Shown piece by piece: positions 1 through 8,479 of a stretch of DNA of 64,000 nucleotides. The stretch's first letter is position 1. Every line of letters begins with the position of its first letter. Source of the DNA: an uncultured Planctomycetota bacterium. Its GTDB lineage: Bacteria > Planctomycetota > PLA2 > JAEUHO01. The stretch is taken from assembly GCA_963752285.1 (NCBI GenBank), contig CAVVXN010000005.1, positions 992,001 to 1,056,000 of the forward strand. The letters run 5' to 3'. The position numbers and the translations under genes are program-made. The notes beneath the pieces are model-generated. The model was not told where the DNA came from. It saw nothing but the letters and a program-made list of their open reading frames with translations, and searched no databases.

Positions 1-308
1 ACGACCGGCGGCGTGATCGTGCCGTGGTAGCCGAGCCCGATGTACGACCGCCAGACCTCGTTCTGGTCCGCGATGCCCCGGATCTCGCAGAGGACCTCCC
101 ACTCCGACGCGGCGGGCGGGAGGTCGAGGGGTCGCTCCAGCCGGATCGAACGCGGCACGGTGCGGTCCACGAGCTCGTCGAGGGAGGCGAGCCCGAGGAG
201 GTCCAACATCTGTCGGACCTCGTCGGCTCCGGGGCCGACGTGGCGTCGAAGGAAGCGGTCTGTCGGGGCGAGGGAGGCGTCGAGACGCGAGGCGGTGGTC
301 GTCGTCAT
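1..308 (-). CDS. gcvP: Glycine dehydrogenase (glycine cleavage P protein), 5' part running off the window edge
   Basis: Not in ORF track. Manual translation from ATG at 308: MTTTTASRLDASLAPTDRFLRRHVGPGADEVRQMLDLLGLASLDELVDRTVPRSIRL...NEVWRSYIGLGYHGTITPPV, the typical GcvP N-terminus. Confidence 0.92.
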   Translation of the reverse strand, partial: MTTTTASRLDASLAPTDRFLRRHVGPGADEVRQMLDLLGLASLDELVDRTVPRSIRLERPLDLPPAASEWEVLCEIRGIADQNEVWRSYIGLGYHGTITPPV

Positions 309-552
309 GGCGGGGTTTGGGGACCTCGGCGAGGCCGCGCGGATCGACTCGCGCGCGGCCCTCGGTTGGGTGTCGGAGCGTCATTCTGCCCGCGCTCGCC
401 CAGGCGCCCCCAGATTCGCGCGGGCGCCGCGCGACGGGCCTTTGGGCCGGCGGTCGGTCCCGCGCGGCGCGTGACCGCGGGGCGCGGTACCCTCGGCCGC
501 GTCCCGTCGGGCAGGGATCCCGCGGGCCGGCCGGGCGAGGCGAGGACGAGCG

Positions 553-1047
553 ATGAGCGGACGGGCCGAGACCGAGACCGGAGCCGGCGAGCGGAGCCTC
601 CAGGAGCGATTCGCGCCCGAGAACCGCTGCTTCGGCTGCGGCCCGGCGAACGAGAGGGGCCTCCGGATCCGGAGCTTCGAGGAGGGCGACGAGCTCGTGG
701 CGACGTGGCGCGCGTCCCCGCACCACGAGGCCTGGGACGGGACCGTGAACGGCGGCATCGTGAGCACGCTCCTCGACTGCCACGGCAACTGGACCGCGGC
801 CTGGCACCTCAAGCAGCGCCGCGGAACCGATGTGCTGCCCTCGACCGTGACGGCGGAGCTTCACGTGAAGCTCCTGAGGCCCACGCCGTCCCGGGAGCCG
901 TTGACGCTCCGGGCGAAGGTCGTCGAGTCCACGGACGACCGCGCGGTGGTCGAGGCGCGGATCGAGGCGGGGGGCAAGGTGACCGCGACGTGCCGGGGCG
1001 TGTTCGCGTCGGTGGAGCCGGGACACCCTGCGTACCACCGCTGGTGA
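553..1047 (+). CDS. PaaI-family (hotdog fold) thioesterase
   Basis: CFGCGPANERGL, VNGGIVSTLLD and TAELHVKLLRPTP motifs. Confidence 0.85.
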   Translation: MSGRAETETGAGERSLQERFAPENRCFGCGPANERGLRIRSFEEGDELVATWRASPHHEAWDGTVNGGIVSTLLDCHGNWTAAWHLKQRRGTDVLPSTVTAELHVKLLRPTPSREPLTLRAKVVESTDDRAVVEARIEAGGKVTATCRGVFASVEPGHPAYHRW

Positions 1048-1177
1048 GAGGTCGGGGCTCCGACGCGGCCCCCGACCACGAGCACGGGCCCGAGAGCGAG
1101 CACGCGCCCACGTCCCGGTGCCCGTGACCCCGTCCTGCGACGCGGGTAGTCTGTATCGCCCTCGAGGGAGTCCCGAC

Positions 1178-3442
1178 GTGCGGATCGCGTGCATCGGCGG
1201 CGGACCGGCCGCGCTCTACTTCGCGCTCCTGATGAAGAAGGCCCGGTCCGACGTGGACGTGACCGTCTTCGAGCGCAACCGCGCGGACGACACCTTCGGG
1301 TGGGGCGTCGTGTTCTCCGAAGAGACGCTCGGGAACATCCAGGCGGCGGACCCCATCTCGTACGCGGCGATCGCCGACCGCTTCGTGACCTGGGACGACA
1401 TCGACACGTACTTCCGGGGCGAGAAGGTCACCAGCACCGGGCACGGGTTCTGCGGGCTGGCGCGCGTCACGATGCTCCAGATCCTCCAGGCGCGCTGTCG
1501 GGAGCTGGGCGTAGACCTCGTCTTCGAACACGAGGTCGGGGACCTCGAGCCCCTGCTCGGGCACGACCTCGTCCTGGCCGCGGACGGGGTGAACAGCCGC
1601 GTCCGCGACCACGTCGCGGAGCACGTCCGCCCGCGCATCGAGTGGGGCGCGTGCCGGTTCGCGTGGCTCGGGACGACCCGTCCCCTCGACGCTTTTACGT
1701 TCGTGTTCCGCGAGAACGAGCACGGTCTCTTCGTCGTCCACGCGTACCCCTTCGAGCCCGGGCGGAGCACCTTCATCGTGGAGTGCCACGAGACGACGTG
1801 GCGCCGCGCCGGCCTCGATCGCGCGACCGAGGACGAGACCGTCCGCTACATGGCGGCCCTCTTCGAGGACCACCTGGACGGGCATCCCCTGCTCACGAAC
1901 CGCTCGATCTGGCGCTCCTTCCCCACGGTGACGAACGAGCGCTGGCACCACGGGAACGTCGTCCTCGTCGGCGACGCGGCGCACACCGCCCACTTCTCGA
2001 TCGGGTCCGGAACGAAGCTGGCGATGGAGGACTCCATCGCGCTCGTGGACGCGCTCCTCCGGCACGACCTCCGCGTGCCGGCGGCCCTCGCCGCGTACGA
2101 GGAGGCTCGTCACGTGGACGTCCTCAAGCTGCAAAAGGCGGCCCGTACGAGCCAGGCGTGGTTCGAGAACGCCAGCCGCTACCAAGGACAGAACCCGCTC
2201 GCCTTCGCGTTCAACCTCATGACGCGCTCCCAGCGCATCACGTACGAGAACCTCGCGGCGCGGGACCCGGACCTCGTCGAGCGCGTGACCGAGTGGTTCG
2301 GCGCCACGCACGGCGGACCGCGCCGCGCGGACGGTCGCGCCGCGCCCCCGATGTTCGCCCCCTTCGAGGCGCGGGGCGTACGCCTCGAGAACCGGGTGGT
2401 CGTGTCTCCCATGTGCCAGTACCGGGCCGTGGACGGCCGGGTGGGAGACTGGCACCTCGTCCACCTCGGCTCGTTCGCCCGCGGCGGCCCCGGGCTCGTC
2501 TTCACCGAGATGACGGACGTCTCGCCCGAGGCGAGGATCTCCCTCGGATGCGCCGGCATCTGGTCGGACGAGCACGTCGCCGCGTGGCGGCGCGTGGTCG
2601 AGTTCGTGCACGCCGAGAGCCCGTCGAAGATCGGGCTCCAGCTGGGCCACGCCGGTCGGAAGGGGTCGTGCCGCCTGCCCTGGGAGGGCGGCGACCCGCT
2701 CTCGAACGGGAGCGCGTGGACGACGCTCGGTCCCTCCGCGCTCCCCTACGACGACGACGGGCCCGCGCCGCGGCCGATGACGCGCGACGACATGGACCGC
2801 ACGATCGGTCTCTACGAGGCGGCGACGCGCCGGGCCGTCGCGGCGGGCTTCGACGTGATCGAGGTCCACATGGCGCACGGATACCTCCTCTCGTCGTTCC
2901 TCTCGCCCGCGGCGAACCACCGCACGGACGCGTACGGCGGGACCCTCGAGAACCGCCTCCGGTTCCCGCTCGAGGTCCTGGCCGCCGTGCGTGCGTGCTG
3001 GCCGTCCGACCGGCCGCTCTTCGTCCGCATCTCGGCGACCGACTGGCTCGAGGACGAGCCGGGTACGACGCCAGCGGACGCGGTCGGGATCGCCCGCGCG
3101 CTCTACGCGAACGGCGCGGACGTCGTGGACGTCTCGAGCGGGGGCAACTCGCCGCGCTCGGCGCCGCGCTACGGTCGCATGTACCAGGTGCCTTTCGCGG
3201 AGCGGATCCGGTACGAGGCGCCGGGTCCCGTCATGGCCGTCGGCGGCATCCAGGGGTGGGACCACGTGAACACGGTCCTCGCGGCCGAACGCGCCGACCT
3301 CTGCGCCCTGGCCCGCCCCCACCTCGTCGATCCGCACCTGACGCTCCGAGCCGCCGTCCACTACGGCGTGGACGCGCACCCGTGGCCGCGCTCCTACCTC
3401 CCCGCCCGTCCGGCGCCGCGCGCGGACGTGCCCTCCTCGTGA
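1178..3442 (+). CDS. Bifunctional salicylyl-CoA 5-hydroxylase / anthraniloyl-CoA monooxygenase-like protein (FAD monooxygenase fused to an Old Yellow Enzyme domain)
   Basis: GGGPAALY, DDTFGWGVVFS, GDAAHTAHFSIGSGTKLAMED, then NRVVVSPMCQY and EVHMAHGYLLSSFLSP. GTG at 1178 follows a GAGGGAG RBS. Confidence 0.92.
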   Translation: MRIACIGGGPAALYFALLMKKARSDVDVTVFERNRADDTFGWGVVFSEETLGNIQAADPISYAAIADRFVTWDDIDTYFRGEKVTSTGHGFCGLARVTMLQILQARCRELGVDLVFEHEVGDLEPLLGHDLVLAADGVNSRVRDHVAEHVRPRIEWGACRFAWLGTTRPLDAFTFVFRENEHGLFVVHAYPFEPGRSTFIVECHETTWRRAGLDRATEDETVRYMAALFEDHLDGHPLLTNRSIWRSFPTVTNERWHHGNVVLVGDAAHTAHFSIGSGTKLAMEDSIALVDALLRHDLRVPAALAAYEEARHVDVLKLQKAARTSQAWFENASRYQGQNPLAFAFNLMTRSQRITYENLAARDPDLVERVTEWFGATHGGPRRADGRAAPPMFAPFEARGVRLENRVVVSPMCQYRAVDGRVGDWHLVHLGSFARGGPGLVFTEMTDVSPEARISLGCAGIWSDEHVAAWRRVVEFVHAESPSKIGLQLGHAGRKGSCRLPWEGGDPLSNGSAWTTLGPSALPYDDDGPAPRPMTRDDMDRTIGLYEAATRRAVAAGFDVIEVHMAHGYLLSSFLSPAANHRTDAYGGTLENRLRFPLEVLAAVRACWPSDRPLFVRISATDWLEDEPGTTPADAVGIARALYANGADVVDVSSGGNSPRSAPRYGRMYQVPFAERIRYEAPGPVMAVGGIQGWDHVNTVLAAERADLCALARPHLVDPHLTLRAAVHYGVDAHPWPRSYLPARPAPRADVPSS

Positions 3443-4098
3443 GCGAACGCGGCGAGGAGATGGTCCGCCGCCAGCTCGAGGCCCACGGCATCGTCTCCGC
3501 GGCCGTGCTCGACGCCATGCGCCGCGTCCCCCGCGAGGCGTTCGTCCCCGCCGCCCTCCGGGCGAGCGCCTACGAGGACCGCGCGCTCCCGATCTCGTAC
3601 GGGCAGTCGATCTCGCAGCCGTTCGTCGTCGCCCGCATGGTGGAGGCGCTCGACCTCGCGCCTTCTGCCCGCGTGCTCGAGATCGGGACGGGCTCGGGAT
3701 ACGCCGCGGCGGTGCTCGCCGAGATCGCGGCCGAAGTGGTGACCGTCGAGCGCCTGGAGCCTCTCGCCACGGAGGCCCGCGAACGCCTCGCCGCCCTCGG
3801 CTACCGCAACGTGGAGGTCGTGGTGGGCGACGGTTCCGGCGGATGGCCCGCGCGGGCGCCCTACGACGGCATCCTCGTGTCGGCCGGCGCGCCGGCGCTG
3901 CCGACGAGCCTCGTCGGGGAGCTGGCCCCCGGCGGACGTCTGGTGATCCCCGTAGGAGCCCGGCCGGGCGAGCAGCGCCTGCTCGGCCTCGTGAAGGAGG
4001 AGGACGGGACCCTCCGGGAGGAGCGCCTGGGCGCCGTCCGGTTCGTGCCCCTGGTGGGCGACGAAGGTTGGCCGGACGACGCGGGCGCCGAGAGGTGA
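3439..4098 (+). CDS. pcm: Protein-L-isoaspartate O-methyltransferase
   Basis: 3' end of ORF 1189..4098: AMRRVPREAFVP, GQSISQPFVVARM, VLEIGTGSGY, VRFVPL. GTGA overlap with the upstream stop codon. Confidence 0.93.
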   Translation: MSERGEEMVRRQLEAHGIVSAAVLDAMRRVPREAFVPAALRASAYEDRALPISYGQSISQPFVVARMVEALDLAPSARVLEIGTGSGYAAAVLAEIAAEVVTVERLEPLATEARERLAALGYRNVEVVVGDGSGGWPARAPYDGILVSAGAPALPTSLVGELAPGGRLVIPVGARPGEQRLLGLVKEEDGTLREERLGAVRFVPLVGDEGWPDDAGAER

Positions 4099-4264
4099 GG
4101 ACGCGGCCTCCGCCACGAGGACGGGTACGCGCCGGGTTCACGATCGGACGACGTCGGGACCTCGGGGGAGACGCGCGAGGCTCGGGCCACCCATCCGGCC
4201 CACGAGCGCGCGCTCGTGCTCGGGGGCCTGGCCCGCGTTCCCGCGGCGCACGGCGGTCGCGCGC

Positions 4265-5047
4265 TCACCGGCCCGGTCCCCGTCTCCTCCGCGCGAAGCG
4301 CAGCGCCGACCACGTCGCGTCCACGGACGCGATCTTGAAGTCCACGAGACCCGCGGCGAGGCCCATCTCGCGGACCACCGCCCCACCGAGGTCGGTCTCG
4401 ACCCCCGACGCCTTCTTCGGCCACGCGAACCACACCCCGCCGAGCTCCGTGCGTCTCGCGAGCACCGCGAGGCGACGCGCCAGGTCCGCGCGGGATCGGA
4501 CGAAGCAGACCACCAGGTCGGTCTTCGCCGTGAGCCGCGCCGTCATCGCCGCGCCGTGACCGTCGAGCCGGTCCGCGAAGCCGGACGGCGCCGCCAGGAG
4601 CGCGACCCGAAGGCCGTCCCTGAGCCCGAGCTTGGCGGCGAGGGGCCGCCCCGCGTACGCGTCCAGGACCGGAGCCGGCACCACCGGGTCGCTCGGCGGC
4701 CGGGCGATCGCCTTCTGGATCGCGCCCTTCGCGCCGCGCCAGGAGGCGTAGGTCGCGTCCGGGAGCCGGGCCCGAACGCCCCCGACCTTCTCGGCGTCGC
4801 CGCCCAAGAACACGAGCGGAAGCTCGCGGGTGGCGGCCGAGCGTCGTATCGAGAGTCCCATCTCGCGCCCGTGGGACGGGAGGCGGTCGAGGTCGATCAC
4901 GACGGCGTCGGGCCGGGCCGCGCGCACCTCCCGGAGCGCCGGGCTGCCGCGCGACCGCGCGGTGCGCACCTCGAAGCCGAGGCGTTCCAGCGCCGCGCGC
5001 GCGCGCGCCTCTTCGCGACCGTGGTGGATCAGCCATGCGACGGGCAC
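4265..5047 (-). CDS. Degenerate receiver-like domain fused to a DUF3052-like domain
   Basis: PDAVVIDLDRLPSHGREMGLSIRR...LPLVFLGG, followed by YAGRPLAAKLG...VWFAWPKKASGVETDL...GLVDFKIASVDATWSALRF. Start approximate. Confidence 0.7.
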   Translation of the reverse strand: MPVAWLIHHGREEARARAALERLGFEVRTARSRGSPALREVRAARPDAVVIDLDRLPSHGREMGLSIRRSAATRELPLVFLGGDAEKVGGVRARLPDATYASWRGAKGAIQKAIARPPSDPVVPAPVLDAYAGRPLAAKLGLRDGLRVALLAAPSGFADRLDGHGAAMTARLTAKTDLVVCFVRSRADLARRLAVLARRTELGGVWFAWPKKASGVETDLGGAVVREMGLAAGLVDFKIASVDATWSALRFARRRRGPGR

Positions 5048-5181
5048 GAGCACATCGTACGCGCTCTTGCCTCCCAGACGGCCCGACGGTCGCTCCCGCC
5101 CGACGCCGCCGGCGGGGCCGGCCCGCCGCGCGTCCCGCGGCCCGCAGCGGGCGTGTCCGACCCCGCGGGCATAAGGGGCCG

Positions 5182-6477
5182 GTGCCGCGCTTCCTCGCCC
5201 GCCGCTATCTCGGCCGACGCATGCTCGTGCTCGCGGGCCTCGGCTTCGCCTCCGGTCTGCCGTCGAAGTACAAGACCCTCGGGGCGACGCTCCAGGCGTG
5301 GCTGTCCGACGCGAAGGTGGACATCGAGACGATCGGGCTCTTCGGGCTCGTCGGCCTTCCCTTCGCACTCAAGTTCCTCTGGGCGCCCCTCCTCGACCGC
5401 TACGTGCCGCCCTTCCTCGGTCGGCGGCGCGGGTGGCTGGTGGTCTTCCAGGGCGGGCTCGTGATCGCGCTCGCCCTGCTGGCGGTCTCGGGCCCCACCC
5501 GACCGGGCGCGGCGCTCGGGCCGCTGGCGGTCTCTGCCGTCGTGGTCGCGTTCCTCGCCGCGAGCCAGGACGTCGTGGCGGACGCGTATCGCACGGACCT
5601 CCTCGAGCGGGACGAACGCGCGGCCGGCGCGGCCATGTTCGTGAACGGATACCGGCTGGCGATGCTCGCGAGCGGCGGGGGCGCGTTGCTCCTCTCCACG
5701 GTGCTGCCCTGGCGCGTCGTCTACCTCCTCCTCGCGGTCTCGCTCGGGCTCGGGGTCGTCGCCGCGCTGGCCGCCCCCGAACCGCCCGGCGGCGACGAGC
5801 GACCGGCGACGCTGGGCGAGTCCCTCGTGATGCCGGGCGTGGACTTCGCGCGGCGTTACGGCCGGGGCGCGGTCTGGATCCTGCTCTTCGTCTTCCTGTT
5901 CAAGATCCCCGACGCCATGGCGGGCGCCATGACGACGCCGCTCCTGCTCGGCCCCGGCGGGCTCGGCTTCGACAAGGTCGAGGTCGCGTGGATCCGCGAG
6001 TGGCTCGGGCTCGGATTCGCCCTCGGCGGCGCCTGGCTGGGAGGACCCCTCGTGGCGCGCCTCGGGCTCGTTCGCTCGCTCTGGGTGCTCGGGTTCCTGC
6101 AGGCCGTCAGCAACCTCGGCTTCGCCCTGCTCTGCGGCGTCGGACGGAGCGCCCCCGCGCTGGCGGCGGTGGTCTCGGTCGAGAGCCTCTGCCAGGGGCT
6201 GACCGCGGCCGGCTTCGTGGCCTTCCTGATGGCCCTCTGCAACCGCCGCTACTCCGCCACGCAGTACGCGCTCCTCTCCGGGCTGATGGCGCTGACCGAC
6301 GTCCTGGTCGGTTCCGAGACGGGCTACCTCGTGGCGGGACTCGGATTTTCGGCCTTCTTCGTGGTGAGCGCCCTCGCCGGGCTGCCCGGGATGCTCCTCC
6401 TCCTCTGGATCCCGCGGCCCGACGCCCCCGCATCCGACGCCCCCGCACCCGACAGCCCCGCAACCGATGCCCCTTGA
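5182..6477 (+). CDS. ampG: AmpG-family muropeptide MFS transporter
   Basis: LGFASGLP, KFLWAPLLDRY, GRRRGW, ASQDVVADAYR, YSATQYALLS; many hydrophobic helices. Confidence 0.92.
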   Translation: MPRFLARRYLGRRMLVLAGLGFASGLPSKYKTLGATLQAWLSDAKVDIETIGLFGLVGLPFALKFLWAPLLDRYVPPFLGRRRGWLVVFQGGLVIALALLAVSGPTRPGAALGPLAVSAVVVAFLAASQDVVADAYRTDLLERDERAAGAAMFVNGYRLAMLASGGGALLLSTVLPWRVVYLLLAVSLGLGVVAALAAPEPPGGDERPATLGESLVMPGVDFARRYGRGAVWILLFVFLFKIPDAMAGAMTTPLLLGPGGLGFDKVEVAWIREWLGLGFALGGAWLGGPLVARLGLVRSLWVLGFLQAVSNLGFALLCGVGRSAPALAAVVSVESLCQGLTAAGFVAFLMALCNRRYSATQYALLSGLMALTDVLVGSETGYLVAGLGFSAFFVVSALAGLPGMLLLLWIPRPDAPASDAPAPDSPATDAP

Positions 6478-6925
6478 GCGGCCGGCTCTCCTCGTCCTCC
6501 TCGTCCTCCTCGTGCTCGTCACGGGCGTCTGGCTCGGCCTCCGCCTCGCGCGCCGCGTCCTCCGCGCACGCGTCGCGCGCACGCGACGGCTCGGCCGCGC
6601 AGGCGAGGAGCGCGCGCTTCGGCTGCTCGCGCGCGCCGGCTACGAGATCCTCGGGCGCGAGGTCACGGCCGAGGGCCGGCTCCACGTGGACGGTCGCGAG
6701 CGCGCGTTCCTCGTCCGCGCCGACGCGATCGTCCGCCGCCGCCGCCGGACGTACGTCGCCGAGATGAAGGGCGGTCCCCGCGTCTCGCGCGTGACGCATC
6801 GAGAGACCCGCCGTCAGATGCTCGAGTACGCGCTCGTCTTCGACGTGGACGGCGTGCTCCTGGTCGATGCCGAGGGGGGCCAGGTCCACGAGATCTCGTT
6901 CCCCGACCTCCGCCCGGGACGCTGA
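6467..6925 (+). CDS. N-terminally membrane-anchored PD-(D/E)XK nuclease-fold protein (YraN-like)
   Basis: Hydrophobic N-terminus; LGRAGEERALRLLARAGYEIL; ADAIV...VAEMK; RQMLEY. Confidence 0.6.
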   Translation: MPLERPALLVLLVLLVLVTGVWLGLRLARRVLRARVARTRRLGRAGEERALRLLARAGYEILGREVTAEGRLHVDGRERAFLVRADAIVRRRRRTYVAEMKGGPRVSRVTHRETRRQMLEYALVFDVDGVLLVDAEGGQVHEISFPDLRPGR

Positions 6926-6933
6926 CGAGGTTC

Positions 6934-7737
6934 CTACTCGACGACGCGCGGGTCCAAGTCCACGCCCACGGGGCAGTGGTCGGAGCCGGCGACCTCGGGA
7001 TGGATGTGCGCCGCCGTCACGTATCTCGCGGCCGCGCGGCTCGCGAGCACGTAGTCGATCCGCCAGCCGACATTCCTCGCCCGGGCTCCCTGTCGCTGGC
7101 TCCACCACGTGTAGTGCCCGCCCTCAGGCGTGGTGCGGCGAAACGTGTCGATCCATCCCGAAGCGATCCAGCGGTCCAGCTCGGCGCGCTCCGCGGGCAA
7201 AAACCCGCTCGTCCCGACGTTCGCCCGCGGCCGCGCGAGGTCGTTCTCGCGATGCGCCGTGTTGAAGTCGCCGATCACCAGGACGCGCCGACCCCCACGA
7301 CGAAGCGTGTCGAGCCGTTCGTGAAGCGCCCGGTAGAAGTCGAGCTTGAACGGCACCCGGTCGTTCGAGCGGTCCTTCCCGCTGCCGTTCGGGAAGTAGA
7401 CGTTCGCCACGACGAGCCGTCCGAACCGGGCGAGCTGGAGCCGGCCCTCCCGGTCGAACCGCCCGCCGTCGAGCGCGAGGTCCACGGCGTCGGGCGCGCG
7501 CCGCGAAAAGAGCGCCACCCCGCTGTACCCGGCGCGCTCCGCCGGCGCGAAGCAAGCGTGCCAGCCCGGGGGCTCCCGCAGGTGCCCCGGCAGGTCCTCC
7601 GGGCGCGCCCGGACCTCCTGCAGACCCACGACCGTGGCGGCCGACGCCTCGAGCCACCGCGAGAAGCCCCGCGCCTCGCAGGCGCGGATTCCGTTCACGT
7701 TCCACGAGAGGACGCGCAGCGCGGGAGCTCGTGCCAT
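6934..7737 (-). CDS. xth: Exodeoxyribonuclease III
   Basis: SWNVNGIRA, GLQEVR, GYSGVA, NVYFPNG, GDFNTAH, GWRIDY, SDHCPV. Confidence 0.95.
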   Translation of the reverse strand: MARAPALRVLSWNVNGIRACEARGFSRWLEASAATVVGLQEVRARPEDLPGHLREPPGWHACFAPAERAGYSGVALFSRRAPDAVDLALDGGRFDREGRLQLARFGRLVVANVYFPNGSGKDRSNDRVPFKLDFYRALHERLDTLRRGGRRVLVIGDFNTAHRENDLARPRANVGTSGFLPAERAELDRWIASGWIDTFRRTTPEGGHYTWWSQRQGARARNVGWRIDYVLASRAAARYVTAAHIHPEVAGSDHCPVGVDLDPRVVE

Positions 7738-7778
7738 GCCCGAACGGACTACCCGGCGTGGAGGATCGCGCCGGAGGG

Positions 7779-8114
7779 TCAGTGCCTCAGGTCTACGACG
7801 AGACGTCCCGACCCGAAGAGGCGGTCCCACTCCGCGGGCGAGATCGAGAGCGGCACCGGGAACGAGGCGTCGCCCGGGTGCGCGATGCCGGTCTTCGCGG
7901 CCTCGAGGGTCGCGAATCGCTTGTACGCGTTGTTCCGCTTGGCGGCGTTCGAGATCCGCCGTCCGCCCGCCGAGAGGCGCCAGTACGTGGTCTTCTCGAC
8001 CGGAGCGGGGGTCGTAGACGACCCACCGCCCCCGCCGCACCCCACCAGCGCGCCCAGCGTGAGCGCGCCCGCGCCCACGAGGAATCCACGGCGGGAGAGG
8101 TCCGACACGTCCAC
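7779..8114 (-). CDS. Small Tat-exported lipoprotein of unknown function
   Basis: SRRGFL twin-arginine motif, hydrophobic stretch, LVGC lipobox and Gly run; GGAG RBS before GTG at 8114. Confidence 0.75.
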   Translation of the reverse strand: MDVSDLSRRGFLVGAGALTLGALVGCGGGGGSSTTPAPVEKTTYWRLSAGGRRISNAAKRNNAYKRFATLEAAKTGIAHPGDASFPVPLSISPAEWDRLFGSGRLVVDLRH

Positions 8115-8129
8115 GCGCACTCCAGGAGA

Positions 8130-8348
8130 GAAATGAATGGCGGAGGGAGGCTCCGGCCCTCCCCGCCGGTTCAACGTCACCGTCAGCCCGACTTTGCGAT
8201 GCGGCCTTACGCCGGAAGCAGACGTGCCTATCCCGGTCCGCCCGGGGCCTTATGTGGGAGCTTCGGTATGAAGGCTCGCTCACGCGACCTACCCGCCCCA
8301 CCTTTTCATTCGCCTGCCTTGTGGTGCTCCTTTCCGCATCCTTTCCGC
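8130..8348 (-). ncRNA. Candidate structured non-coding RNA or 5' leader (rod-like, possibly 6S-like)
   Basis: Nested stems on the minus strand: GAUGCGG/CCGCAUC (8334-8340 with 8198-8204), AGGCAGGCG/CGUCUGCUU with G-U pairs (8311-8319 with 8216-8224), and an apical UCGC-GUGA-GCGA GNRA hairpin (8276-8287). Promoter-like site upstream; GC hairpin with a U-rich tail downstream. Confidence 0.4.
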
Positions 8349-8354
8349 GGCCAC

Positions 8355-8383
8355 ATGAGAATCGATTTCAGAGTCGAAGTCAA
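8355..8383 (-). promoter_or_regulatory. Sigma70-like promoter
   Basis: TTGACT-N17-TCTCAT on the minus strand in a locally AT-richer intergenic region. Confidence 0.4.
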
Positions 8384-8404
8384 CGGGACTTCGGGCCCAA
8401 AACG

Positions 8405-8443
8405 AAGAGGCGGGGCCGGCCCTCAGCCGACCCCGCCTCTTTC
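8405..8443. terminator. Intrinsic terminator-like hairpin downstream of the IPT/TIG gene
   Basis: Perfect 11-bp inverted repeat AAGAGGCGGGG...CCCCGCCTCTT with A/T-rich flanks. Confidence 0.65.
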
Positions 8444-8479
8444 ACGCGCTCCGGCGAGGGATCGCGCTCGAGCCGCGCG

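Noticed and set aside
309..552. Possible glycine riboswitch upstream of gcvP
   Set aside because: GC hairpins are present, but the GGAGA, CCGAAG and CUCUCAGG core motifs were not found on the minus strand.
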